A stretch of 63,974 nt of DNA, the filler included, from Malassezia furfur (lineage: Eukaryota): NCBI GenBank assembly GCA_052055015.1. It is 5 parts of 5 records of this genome, joined end to end, with 100 filler letters (N's around TTAATTAATTAA, not from the genome) between each part and the next. Parts side by side here need not be neighbours in the genome. Positions count along the whole stretch, not along the records: positions 13,744 to 27,381 come from JBQJIT010000310.1; positions 27,482 to 41,087 come from JBQJIT010000311.1; 3 more parts are not named here. One strand, written 5' to 3'. Of the stretch, positions 22,974-33,911 are shown one piece after another (within the stretch, counting starts at the first letter, position 1; each line of letters opens with the position of its first letter). A program made the position numbers and the translations under genes. The notes below the pieces were generated by a model that did not search any database, was not told the DNA's origin, and saw only the letters and a program-made list of their open reading frames with translations.

Positions 22974-25031
22974 CTACGTTCCACGCTGCTGGCTATAGAC
23001 GCTGGCCAGCTCGGCGAGTGCCTCTTTGTAGGACGGGAGGAACGGTTCGTACTCGGCCGGCTTCACCTTGACCGTCTGCACGGCGTCGAGGTGGTGCGCC
23101 TCGCGGAGCATGCGCTTGAAGTGGAACACCTCTTGCTCCTCCACCAGGCTCCAGGCGTCGCCCGAGCGTCCTGCGCGCGCCGTGCGCCCGACGCGGTGGA
23201 CGTACTTGGCCATGTCGACGGGCACGTCGTACGAGATGACGTTGCGCACCTCGGGCAGGTCGATCCCGCGGGCGATCAGGTCCGAGCACACCAGCACATC
23301 GACCTCGCCCTGTTGAAAGCGGCGCAGCATCTGCGCACGCTCGGCGTTGGTCAGGTCGCTCGAGTAGTACTGCACACACAGCGCCTGATCTGGGGCCATC
23401 CGCTTTTCAAAGAAGGCAAGCAGGCGCACCAAGCGGTTCGCCGACTCGACACTCTTGGTGAAGCACAGCGCATGGCGCACTTGGAGGTGCGAATGCAACA
23501 GGTAGAGCAAGAAGAGCACCTTGGTGCTCGTCTCGGTCACGATCATATGCTCGTGGAGGCCCGCGGGGAGCGCGAAGCGGTCCACGTGCATGTCGTCGTC
23601 CTCGGCGCGGTCGCGCACGCTCACATAGTGCGGGTTGCGCAGCTGCAGCGCATTCATCTTGGCTGGGTCGCGCGTGAGCGTTGCGGAGAAGAGCAGTTTC
23701 TGGACCGTGGGCACCGGCGTGTCCAAATCGTCGTGCATCCACCCGGGCGTCTGCGTGTGCAGCGAGGCGGGTGCGGACGACGCCTGCTCGCTCGCCTGCG
23801 GGTGGAGCGCCTCGAGCAGCGTCGGGACCCACTGCTGGAACGACTGCCCCAGCAAGCGGTCCGCCTCGTCGATCACCAAGAAGCGCAGGTGCTGCAGCGT
23901 GAAGCCGGGCGTGCCGCGCACGTGGTCCACCAGGCGACCTGGCGTCGCAATGAGCACGTCGACGTTGCTGGTAAACCCTGCGGGGCCGCTGCTGACGAGC
24001 TGTGCCTGCTCGTGACGGAAGCTGTGGTTACCGGTGATGACGAGCGAGCGCAGCCCGCTGCCTCGGCCCACGGCCTCAAACATCTCGGCGACTTGCACGG
24101 CGAGGTCACGCGTCGGCAGCAGCACGAGCGCACGGAGCTGTGTCACGATGCGCGTTTGGAGCAGCTCGACGATCGGCACTGTATAGGCCAGTGTTTTGCC
24201 GCTGCCTGTTGGCGCCGAAATGCACAGGTCGCGCGGCGGGTTGAATGGCATGTACAGCCGGCTCTCGGTGTGCTGGCTGAGCAGCAGGGGGATCACCGAC
24301 GCCTGCACCGCGAACCATTCGGAAATGCCAAGCCGGTCGAGTTGGCGCTTGATGGATCGGCTCACGCGCACGCCCATGTGCTCGGTCATGCCTTCCTCCT
24401 GGGTATCAAGGGATTGGGTGTGGCTCGCATCGACGAATGTGGGCCGCTCCAGGCCTTGGGGCAGGCCCAAGGACGCAAGTTGCTGGGCATCGCTTGCGCT
24501 CGTCTGCTGTGGCCGCGGAAAGCGGAAGAGATACTGCGGCTCGTCGTCCTGCGTTTCCGCTGGCCCCGCCGACGAAGCAGCCTGAAGTGGGTCGGCATCG
24601 ATGGCGCCCGGGGAGGGGGAAGCGGCACGCGCACGATCCGCGACCGACTCGCTCGATGCGCTGCTGCTCGAGCTCGACTCGCTGCCGCTCCCGCTGTCGC
24701 TCGACTCGCTGTCGCTGTCGCTGTCGCTCGACTCGCTGTCGCTCGACTCGCTGTTGCTCGACTCGCTCGTGGTATCTGTATTGCTCTTGCTCTCACTCTC
24801 GCTTGCTTCACCGTGGGACTCCTGTGCCGCGTGCGCATCCAGCTCCCTCTCTTCGGCGGGTTTGGGGGCCTTGGGCTTGGCCTTTTTCTTGCCTTCGCCA
24901 AACGGCTTGGGCCCGGCAGCCTTCTTCGCCTTGCGACGCACCTTTTTTGCTTTGAGGTAGCGCTGCTTTGCCTTGGTCTTTCCCTTGGCCGGACGAGCCG
25001 GCGCGGGGCGCGCGGGCTGGGTGACGGCCAT
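22974..25031 (-). CDS. DBP6: DEAD-box RNA helicase (60S biogenesis)
   Basis: FAVQ, DLCISAPTGSGKT, PTRDL, TPGRLVDH, IDEADRLL, FSATLT, YVHRVGRTARAG; Lys-rich then Ser/Asp-rich N-terminus. Confidence 0.92.
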   Translation of the reverse strand: MAVTQPARPAPARPAKGKTKAKQRYLKAKKVRRKAKKAAGPKPFGEGKKKAKPKAPKPAEERELDAHAAQESHGEASESESKSNTDTTSESSNSESSDSESSDSDSDSESSDSGSGSESSSSSSASSESVADRARAASPSPGAIDADPLQAASSAGPAETQDDEPQYLFRFPRPQQTSASDAQQLASLGLPQGLERPTFVDASHTQSLDTQEEGMTEHMGVRVSRSIKRQLDRLGISEWFAVQASVIPLLLSQHTESRLYMPFNPPRDLCISAPTGSGKTLAYTVPIVELLQTRIVTQLRALVLLPTRDLAVQVAEMFEAVGRGSGLRSLVITGNHSFRHEQAQLVSSGPAGFTSNVDVLIATPGRLVDHVRGTPGFTLQHLRFLVIDEADRLLGQSFQQWVPTLLEALHPQASEQASSAPASLHTQTPGWMHDDLDTPVPTVQKLLFSATLTRDPAKMNALQLRNPHYVSVRDRAEDDDMHVDRFALPAGLHEHMIVTETSTKVLFLLYLLHSHLQVRHALCFTKSVESANRLVRLLAFFEKRMAPDQALCVQYYSSDLTNAERAQMLRRFQQGEVDVLVCSDLIARGIDLPEVRNVISYDVPVDMAKYVHRVGRTARAGRSGDAWSLVEEQEVFHFKRMLREAHHLDAVQTVKVKPAEYEPFLPSYKEALAELASVYSQQRGT

Positions 25032-25181
25032 GCTTCGGGGGCGCGCTCGCAACCTGCGCAGAGAAATTCGCGAGGTGGAGGTCGCGCGGCTGACAAACGG
25101 CCGGCCATCGTGCTACGGCGAACCACGAGCCAACCCCCTTCATTTGAGCGCGTACGCTGCTAGGCTAGATCGTGCGGCACC

Positions 25182-25500
25182 ATGTCGGACCTTTCGCGGG
25201 TGATGAGCAACCGTGAGTACGACACGTTCCTGAAGGAGCGCAAGGCGGAGGCGTTCAAGCGGTGTGATCCAATCGTGCAAGGTGCGTCGTGTGCCGCTGA
25301 TGCAGAATTTGTTGAGTGCACGCGGAACCGCTTTCTCTCGGTGGCCTGGGCGTGTCGCCAGCAGAACCGGAATATGTACGACTGTCTAACAGCATAGTAT
25401 GTATTGGCTTTTTCTGACCGGCAGCATGTCCGACGAGGCGCTCGCGAAGGCCGAGAAGGAGTACCTGGACCGCACCCGGCCGGGTCGCAACGGTTTGTAG
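25182..25500 (+). CDS. CMC1: COX assembly twin-CX9C protein Cmc1
   Basis: SNREYD..AFKRCDPIVQEFVECTRNRFLSVAWACR..MYDCL; introns 25282-25305 and 25397-25424. Confidence 0.85.
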
Positions 25501-25720
25501 AGTGCGCGTGGGGTGCGGACGTACGTACGGTGCGATGGCGAGCGCCGCGCGCGGGCTGCGTGGCGCGCCAGGTACGCGTGCGTCTTGGCACCGCCGAGGC
25601 CCCCGGCCACGTGGGTGGAGCCCAAAGTGGCGTGAAATTGCTAGACCCCATACACACTTGCATCGGTGGCGAGATTCTTTCGGGCGGCGCCTGTTTTTTT
25701 TGTGTTGGCAGCCGACCATC

Positions 25721-26812
25721 ATGTCTACTGCGTACAGTCTTGCAGAGATTGCCAAGCACAACAAGGCGTCGGACTGCTGGGTGGTGGTGAAAGGAAAGGT
25801 GTACAATGTCACCGACTTCCTCGAAGACCATCCCGGCGGTGACGACCTCATCCTGGAGCATGCCGGGAAGGACGTGACGGAGCTCATGGCCGACCCGCTG
25901 TCGCACGACCACTCGCGCAGCGCCTACGCGATGCTGAACGACTTCCACATCGGTGTGGTGCTGGATGCCAAGACCGCCGAGGTCGCCAAGGAGGAGAACG
26001 TTGCGCCGCACCTGCTGGGCGACGTGACGATCACCGACGACTTCCAGCCGCTGGAGACGGACGTGTCGCGTGACTTCAAGGAGCACAAGTTCCTCGACCT
26101 CGACAAGCCGTTGATCCCCCAAATGTGGCACGCGCGTTTCACTAAGGAGTTCTACCTGGAGCAGGTGCACATCCCGCGGCACCGCAAGGACCCTGCGCGG
26201 CTGATGCCCAACATGTTCCTGGAGATCTTCACACTGACGCCGTGGTACGTCATTCCGATGCTCTGGGGCCCGATTGCGGCCGCGTTCTTCCACGTGTCGG
26301 CGATGCAGTTCAAGGAGCAGCTGTCGGGCAGCGGCTTTGCGGTCACGGCGTGGGCCTACACCTTTACGCTGGCGTCGTACGCGTTCGGCGTGTTCTTCTG
26401 GACGTTCATTGAATACCTCTTCCATCGCTTCCTGTTCCACATGGACTCGCTGCTCCCCCGCCACCAGGCGGCGTACCTGCTGCACTTTTTGCTGCACGGC
26501 ATCCACCATTTCCTCCCGATGGACAAGATGCGGCTCGTGATGCCGCCCATTCTCTTCGCGACGCTCTCTTTCCCCATGCTGCTGCTGGCGCACGCAGTGT
26601 TCCCGACGGCGATCGCGAACGGTGTGATTGCGGGGTCCTACTCCATGTACATCGTGTATGATACCTTCCACTACGCCATGCACCACACCAAGCTGCCCCA
26701 GTACCTCAAGGAGCAGAAGAAGTACCACCTCGAGCACCACTACAAGAACTACGAGCTCGGCTTCGGCGTCACGAGCAAGTTCTGGGACATTGTGTTTCAC
26801 ACGCTGCTGTAG
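25721..26812 (+). CDS. SCS7: Sphingolipid fatty-acid 2-hydroxylase with cytochrome b5 domain
   Basis: b5 domain VYNVTDFLEDHPGG; FYLEQVHIPRH, EYLFHRFLFH, HGIHHFLPMD, HYAMHH, YHLEHHYKN. Confidence 0.95.
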   Translation: MSTAYSLAEIAKHNKASDCWVVVKGKVYNVTDFLEDHPGGDDLILEHAGKDVTELMADPLSHDHSRSAYAMLNDFHIGVVLDAKTAEVAKEENVAPHLLGDVTITDDFQPLETDVSRDFKEHKFLDLDKPLIPQMWHARFTKEFYLEQVHIPRHRKDPARLMPNMFLEIFTLTPWYVIPMLWGPIAAAFFHVSAMQFKEQLSGSGFAVTAWAYTFTLASYAFGVFFWTFIEYLFHRFLFHMDSLLPRHQAAYLLHFLLHGIHHFLPMDKMRLVMPPILFATLSFPMLLLAHAVFPTAIANGVIAGSYSMYIVYDTFHYAMHHTKLPQYLKEQKKYHLEHHYKNYELGFGVTSKFWDIVFHTLL

Positions 26813-26859
26813 AAATGTTTCACCGCTATTCCATACCACGCACTACTTGGGTCGAGTTG

Positions 26860-27381
26860 TTAGGGATTCGCGGCCCGCTGTGCGGCCATCCATGCGCGCG
26901 CATCGCTCGTGAGCATCGCGAGGTTGTGCGACACGCCCTGCACGCCCACGCGCAGCGGCTGGCCGTCGGTGAGCGTCGCACGTGCCGCAGGGTCGATGGA
27001 CGCCACGGCGCTCAGCAGCGCGTCGACGTGCTCGCTCGGGACACGCACGACCGCGTCGGCGACTTGCGCAGCATCGTGCGTGCCCAACGGCGCGCCGACA
27101 TACAACACGTCCACCGCAAACGCGGCGCCGATGACGCCATGCATGGTCTGCACCGCCTGCGCGACGCCCTGGCGCACCGCGTGCTCCGACGGGACGTGGG
27201 CGTGAGCGTCGGGCGCCGCGTGCGCCGCGGCGAGGCGCAGCACCACGTAGCGCCATGCGGACACCGCGTCGTTGTGCCGCACCGTGTGCCGAGGGTGTGC
27301 CTGGGCGGCCTCGGCCGGGGCGCGCGCGTGCGCCCAGACCGCGTAGAGCGCCGCGTAGAGCGACGCGACGCGCTCGCTATC
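26860..27381 (-). CDS. ORF ending in a Pop8/Rpp14-like RNase P/MRP subunit domain (5' truncated)
   Basis: WRYVVLRL..VRQGVAQAVQTMHGVIGAAFAVDVLYV..AVVRVPSEHVDALLSAV resembles the Pop8 pattern; frame is open to the contig end. Confidence 0.5.
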   Translation of the reverse strand, partial: DSERVASLYAALYAVWAHARAPAEAAQAHPRHTVRHNDAVSAWRYVVLRLAAAHAAPDAHAHVPSEHAVRQGVAQAVQTMHGVIGAAFAVDVLYVGAPLGTHDAAQVADAVVRVPSEHVDALLSAVASIDPAARATLTDGQPLRVGVQGVSHNLAMLTSDARAWMAAQRAANP

Positions 27382-27481
27382 NNNNNNNNNNNNNNNNNNN
27401 NNNNNNNNNNNNNNNNNNNNNNNNNTTAATTAATTAANNNNNNNNNNNNNNNNNNNNNNNNNNNNNNNNNNNNNNNNNNNN
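27382..27481. other. Artificial contig linker
   Basis: N44-TTAATTAATTAA-N44. Confidence 0.97.
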
Positions 27482-27975
27482 CGGACGAGCGGCGCCGCTG
27501 GCTGCACGCGTACGTCGACCAGGGCCGCGCGCTCACGAGCCGCTTTGGTCCGGCGAAGCTGGCGTCGCCCGAGGCGCCCGCCATCACCGACATGGCGCTG
27601 CCGCCGGCGGTGACGTCGTCTGCGCCGCCCAGCAGCCCGCCAAGTACCTCGCCGAGCGCACTGCGTGAGCGCGCGATTGCTGCCGAGATCGAGCGCCTCG
27701 AAGACGAGGTCCGTGTCTGGTCGCCTGCCACCAACGCCGTGTGGGGCCTGTGGGGCGTTGTGATTGCGCGCGATCCGATCATGGCGCTCATCCAACGCGT
27801 ACGCGCGTGTGTGCGCCGTGCCGATGACGGCACGTTGCACTACGAGCCCGAAGAGGTCGTCGCACAGACCCACGAGGCGGGCAGCGCGGAAAACTTTGAC
27901 AACCTGCGCTTTGCGCTTGGCCGCATGGAGATTTTCCGCAACGAGCTGCACGCGCTGCAGCGCTCGGCACCATAG
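27482..27975 (+). CDS. Choline/ethanolamine kinase, C-terminal fragment
   Basis: DERRRWLHAYV..EIERLEDEVRVWSPATNAVWGLWGVV..FDNLRFALGRMEIF. Confidence 0.8.
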
Positions 27976-28001
27976 GGGAATAGTTGCGCTACGCACGCTA
28001 C

Positions 28002-28610
28002 TTACGCGTCCTCGGCCTTGGGCGCATCCGCGCTCGGCGCCGCGGACTCCGCGGCGGGCTGCGGGCCCTTGCCCGGCACCTCGTCGTCGACCTCGTCGAG
28101 GTCGCCGCCAGTGGCGGCCGCCGTCGGCACACCCGGCGCCGACGCGCCGTTCACCGCCGCATCCTTGGTGATGAGCTGCATGATCAGGTCAAACACCTCC
28201 TTGGGCACCGCCTTCTGGTAGATCATCACGAGCTCCACCGGTGCGGGGTACACCTTGAGCGCCTTGAAGAAGGCGATGGCAGCGGGCACATGGTACGCCG
28301 GGCCCTGGGCGAAAAGAGCCTCGCCGGTAGCGACCTGCTCCATGAAGAACTTCTCCTTCTCCTGCACGCCCGCGGGGAGCACGCCCGGCGTCGCGACGTC
28401 GCGCACGGCCTTTTCGATCTGGGCAGACTGCTCTTTCTTCGCGGCCTTTTCTTCGCGGATCGCCGCCTTGGTCGACTGCTTCGACTGCTTGCGCAGCTGC
28501 TTGCGGAACGTCGGGTCGTTGCGGCGGCGATAGTCAAAGTACACCGCGTAGCCCACCGCGGCCACACTGAGTGTCACACCGGTCCAGGAGAGCGCCGTCG
28601 AGAGCCGCAT
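28002..28610 (-). CDS. TOM20: Mitochondrial import receptor Tom20
   Basis: TM-GYAVYFDYRRRNDPTFRKQL, FFMEQVATGE, FFKALKVYPAPVELVMIYQKAVP. Confidence 0.95.
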   Translation of the reverse strand: MRLSTALSWTGVTLSVAAVGYAVYFDYRRRNDPTFRKQLRKQSKQSTKAAIREEKAAKKEQSAQIEKAVRDVATPGVLPAGVQEKEKFFMEQVATGEALFAQGPAYHVPAAIAFFKALKVYPAPVELVMIYQKAVPKEVFDLIMQLITKDAAVNGASAPGVPTAAATGGDLDEVDDEVPGKGPQPAAESAAPSADAPKAEDA

Positions 28611-28725
28611 GTTGGTGAAAGCGCGTAAGAACCGAACTCCCGATCACGTGCGGTGCTTTGGCCACCCCACCCCGCCAGGCGCGGCGCATCCCCTCCACCG
28701 GAAGCCCCGCGGGTCGTGCGCACGG

Positions 28726-31418
28726 ATGAGCACGAATCCCTTTCGCCGCGGCGCCGCGGCACCTGTGCCCGCGCCCGCGCCTGCGCCCGCTCCTACACCT
28801 GCTCCGGCACACTCGGAGCATGCCGCCCATAGCGGCAGTGTGCACGCCACCACGGCGCTTACGCCGCTGCGTGCGCATTACCTCAAGACGACGCTCGTCT
28901 CGCTGCAGCTACAGCACGAACTGTCGCTGCTCATGCAGCGCGACGCGCTTGCGATGCTCGGCCCGCCATTTCGTGGTGCGCCCGAATACGACGGCACCGA
29001 GCTGCCGCTGATGCGCCACTTTCTGCGGCGCTTCGTGCTCACCTTCCCGTTCTTCGCGACAGCACCGCCCGACTTCTTTCCGAACACGGTGCAGGTGTTT
29101 ATGGAGCAGCTGCTCGCGCGCAACATTATCGTGCTCGATGAGGCAGATGGAGATACGACGGTCGCGACGACGGTCGTGCGCCGCGCTGAGCGCTACCTAT
29201 GTCTGCTGCTCAGCTCCGGCATCCACCTGGCGCCGCTGCGTGAGGAGGTCGTGCGCATCTCCGACACGGACCGCGAGCGTCTTGCGCAACTCGAGGCGCG
29301 CCGCCGCGCGGCCGCGGGCGGCACGGGGCACGGCGGCCTCGAGGTCAACATCGTCTCGGTCCGCACCGTCATTGGCAAGGGGCGCCTGCGGAACAAGCCG
29401 CACGACGAGTTTGTCTTGGAGACCCACACGCACGACGGCCAGCACGTGTACGTCTCGCGGAGGTACAGCGACCTGGCGCGGCTGCACGTCGCGCTGCGTG
29501 CGCGCTTCCCCGACGAAGACATTGCGGCGCCCCCGCAAAAGGACCGCTCGGCAACCGCCGTGCCCGGCGGTGCGCCGCTCGCGCGCGAGCGCAACCGGCT
29601 CACACTGCGTGCGTACGTGCGGAGCCTGCTGAGCATCCATGCGGTGGCCGACAGCGAGCTGCTGCGCGAGTTTTTGCTGAATGACCCGATCGAGCTGAGC
29701 GCCGCCGAGGCCGAAGACGTCGCGGCGCGCGCGCATGCGGACGCCGTGCGCGCCGAGCAGCGGCAGCAGTTTGCGCGCGAGACGGCGGCGCGTGCGGGCG
29801 AGTTGCGTGCGCACCTCGGTGCGTTCAAGGCGGAGCTGCTGCAGCGCGACGGCCTGTCGCAGCTCTTTGCGACAATCCGCGCCACGCCGCGCGTCGAGGA
29901 TCTGCCGGCCAAGTACCGTGTGCTGCTCGAGTGGGCCAAGACGTCGATGGCCTCGGGGCTGTACAGCATGTTTGTCGGCCGCGACGCGTCGTCGCAGCAC
30001 TTTGCGCAGCTGAAGTACATGCATTCGATGATGCCCTACTTCATGGTGCGCAGCATCATGCGCCTCTCGAACCCGCTCGCGATGATGCGCTCGCTGCTCG
30101 ACCTGTTCCTCGCGCAGCCGTTTGGGCAGCGCAGTCTGCTCCAGCGCATGTTCACCGGCCCCGTCCACGAGGAGATCGCCGAGCTGCGCGAGCTCGGCAA
30201 GCGCGTGCAGGCGCGCATCGGCGACGCGCATCTTGCGCGCAAGGTCGACGAGTTTGTCGCCGCGCCGTATCGCGTGCAGTGCGTGTACCTGGCGCAGGCG
30301 GAAGACGAGCGGATCGACCTGCTCACGGCCGTGCTGCGCTCGCCGCTCGGCGGCGATTTGCAGCAGCACCAGGTGCACCGCGTGGTGCATGCGAGCCGGG
30401 CATATGCCGCGTTCAAGCGCGAGCGGCGCGCGGCGCTCGCGCGGGGCGACCCCGAGCCCGAGCCGGACAGCGATGAGGCGTGGCTGTACGAAGACTTGCA
30501 CGTCTACCTGAACCTCGCGCGGCGCATCCACGACAAGGAGCAGGTTGTGGCGCTCATCTACGACCAGGCGACCACCGACCTGCTCAAAGAGATCATCACC
30601 ATCTTTTACGCACCGCTTGCGCAAGTGTACAAGGCGGCCAACATTGCCGACACGCTCAGCGACGTCCAGGTCTTTATCAACGACCTGATCCGCACCGTTG
30701 AGGAGCACGAAGCCCTCAGCGAGACGCAGCCGCGGCACATGGTGCAGGTGTTTGTTGACCTTGTGCAGCGCCACGAGCAGATGTTTTACCACTTCATCCA
30801 CCAGGTGCACGCCAAGGGGCCCGAGCTCTTTGACCAGCTTGTGCGCTGGGTGGAGCAGTTTGTCGAGTACATGCGCGACCCCACCGCGGAAGCCGCGCCG
30901 GTCGGCGGGCTCGGCCTGGTCGACCTCGCGGCGTGCCTGCCGCGCCACGCGCACGAGCGTGCACAGGTCTTCCATGAGGTCGACCGCGTGGTGCACGACG
31001 CGTACGAGCGCAAGCTCAAGCGCGAGCTCAAGACGCAGCGCAAGCTCGCGCGCCGCGCCGTTGCTACCGCCGGCGATGAGCCGGACGAGACGATGGGCGC
31101 GGCGCACGATCCAGTCGCTGAGGCACTCTCGGAGCAGTTTGGCTTCCACAGCATGTTCGGCCAGGTCGCCGACGTCGAGGCCGAGGAGAGCGACGAGGAG
31201 AGCGACGACAGCGCCTTCTCCGACTCAGACTCGGACGAGGGGCCCGAGGATGCCGAGCATTTCCGGCACCGTGGGACGTCGCCGCAGCGCACGCAGCAGG
31301 CGGCCGCCGCAGAGGAGCCGACGGCGCCGCGGCTCGACGCGATCCGTGCGATGCTCCCCGCATTCCTGAAGCAGGTGCGTGTAGACGACTGACGCAGCTC
31401 AAGCCGCATCTCGTGTAG
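28726..31418 (+). CDS. PX-domain protein, Ypr097w/Lec1-like
   Basis: LTPLRAHYLK, FVLTFPF, PX motif VSRRYSDLARL..APPQK, RERNRLTLRAY, LFLAQPFGQRSLLQR. A terminal 23-nt intron 31375-31397 adds LKPHLV. Confidence 0.85.
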
Positions 31419-31632
31419 TGCGTGTACAGATGGGCGATGCACGGCAACATAGCAAAGGTATGGACAAGTGGCTATCGACGATTCTGCACCCCCCGGCCGC
31501 GAGGGCCGCGCACAGGCCGTGAGCCGACGTGCGGGCCGAGCCGCGGCCGGCGGCACACCCGTGCCCCGATCTCTTCCATCCAGGCGCTTTAGTCCATCAT
31601 GCAATTTTCTATGAGCAGCACATTACGGCACA

Positions 31633-32704
31633 TTACGGCTTCTGCTCACCCTCCGAGCCCTGCTGCGCGCCGCTGTCCGACTGCGAGCGGTTCTCGTAGA
31701 CCTTCTTGAACAGACCGAGCGAGGCCTGCTGGGTCTCGTCGATCTTGTTCTTGAGGTCCTCGGCAGAGACCGAGTCGTCGCCCGAGATACCCTTGGCGGC
31801 AAGCGCCTCGAGCTCCGAAACGAGCGCCTGGACCTTGTCCGCCTCGTCCTTCTGGAGCTGGTCCTTGAACTCGGCCATGGCCTTGGACGTCTCGCCGGCG
31901 ACGCTCTGCGCACGGTTCGACTCCTCGATCACGACGCGGCGCTGCTTGTCCGCCTCGGCGTGCTGCTCGGCGTCGTTGACCATGCGCTCGATCTCGTCCT
32001 CCGACAGACCCGAGCCGGCGGCGATCGTCATGCTCTGGTCCTTGTTCGTGGCCTTGTCCTTGGCCGAGACGTTGACAATGCCGTCGGCGTCAATGTCAAA
32101 CGTCACCTCGATCTGGGGCACACCCTTGGGCGCCGGGGGAATGCCGGTCAGCTGGAAGTTGCCGAGCAGCTTGTTGTCGCGCACCAGCTCACGCTCACCC
32201 TGGTACACCTGGATGTCCACGGCGGTCTGGCCGTCGGCAGCCGTCGAGAACACCTGGCTCTTCTTGGTGGGGATCGTCGTGTTGCGGTTGATCAGGCGCG
32301 TGAACACACCGCCGAGCGTCTGGATACCGAGCGAGAGCGGGGTAACATCCAGGAGCAGCACGTCGGTGACATGGCCGGCCAACACACCACCCTGGATCGC
32401 GGCACCGATGGCGACCGCCTCATCGGGGTTCACACCCTTGCACGGGTCACGCTTGAAGATGTCCTTGACGGTCTCGACAACCTTGGGCATACGCGTCATA
32501 CCACCGACCATGATGACCTCGTCGACGTCGTTGGCCTTGACGCCAGCGTCGGCCAGCGCCTTCTTGCACGGGTCAATGGTGCGCTGCACCAGCTTGCTCG
32601 TCCAGCCGTCGAGCTGCGCACGCGTAATCTTGACGTTGATGTGCTTGGGGCCCGAGGCGTCGGCGGTGATGTAGGGCAGCGACACATCGGTCGACTGCGT
32701 GCTC

Positions 32705-32736
<32 letters not shown>

Positions 32737-33639
32737 ACGGATACGCTGGATCGCCATGCGGTCCTTGCTCAGGTCGATGCCCGTCTCCTTCTGGAAGTCG
32801 CGCACGAGCTGCTCAACGACGACAATGTCAAAGTCCTCACCACCCAGGTGCGTGTCACCGTTGGTCGACTTCACCTCAAACACGCCCTTGCTCATCTCGA
32901 GAATCGACACATCGAACGTGCCACCACCCAGGTCGAACACGGCGATCGTCGCGTTGTCCTGGCGGTCGAGGCCGTAGGCAAGCGCCGCGGCCGTCGGCTC
33001 GTTGATCACACGCAGCACCTCCATACCGGCGATCGTACCGCAGTCCTTGGTCGCCTGGCGCTGCGAGTCGTTGAAGTAGGCAGGCACGGTAATCACGGCG
33101 TGCTTCACGCTCTTGCCCAGGTAGCCCGCAGCGGTCTCCTTGAGCTTGCCCACGACAAACGCACCGATCTGCGAGGGCGAGTAGGCCTTGCCGCGCGCCT
33201 CGACCCACGCGTCGCCGTTCGAGTGCGCGACGATCTTGTAGGGGACGTTGTTGATGTCCTTCTGCACCTCAGGGTCGGTGAACTTGCGGCCGATCAGACG
33301 CTTGGTCGCAAACAGCGTGTTCTCCGGGTTCACCACCGCCTGGCGCTTGGCCGGCAGACCAACGAGGCGCTCGTTGTCCTTGCTGAAAGCGACGACGGAC
33401 GGCGTGGTGCGACCACCCTCCGAGTTCTCCAGGACACGCGCCTGCTGACCCTCCATGGTCGCGACACACGAGTTGGTGGTACCCAGGTCGATACCAATCA
33501 CGGGGCCAGACACCTTGCCAGAGTTGAAACGGACGCCGGCCTTGGGCAGGCCGGCCACGGCGCCGGTGCGCAGCGACTGCGACAGCAGCCTGCCGGACGA
33601 CGGCGCCGTGTACATACCACGGGAAAGGGCTCCAAACAT
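31633..33639 (-). CDS. SSC1: Mitochondrial Hsp70
   Basis: Presequence, [54 protein letters not shown]; intronless. Confidence 0.97.
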
Positions 33640-33911
33640 ACTCGAGGGAATGTACTTCGGTAGGAAGAACGGGTGGCAAATGCTTCGGCCGCAGCTTCTT
33701 GTAGCCGTGCGTGGCTTTCTTCTTCCGCCGCGCCTGCAGCGGCCACGCGCGTTCGGCGGGCTTCGGCGGTCTTCGGTTCGTCACGTGGTTTGTATGGAGG
33801 TGGCGCACGCGCCACCTCCTCCCCACGCGCTCGCACGGCTCCACAGGCACGCCGCACGGCTCGCCGACGCAGGCGGGCGACAAACATGTATATATACGCA
33901 GGGGCCAAATC

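Noticed and set aside
24640..24770. CTCGACTCGCTG-type repeats
   Set aside because: They encode the Ser/Asp/Glu low-complexity N-terminus of Dbp6, an ordinary coding repeat.
31960..33663. 567-aa ORF antisense to Hsp70
   Set aside because: It is a codon-bias shadow typical of GC-rich hsp70 genes, with no independent protein motifs.
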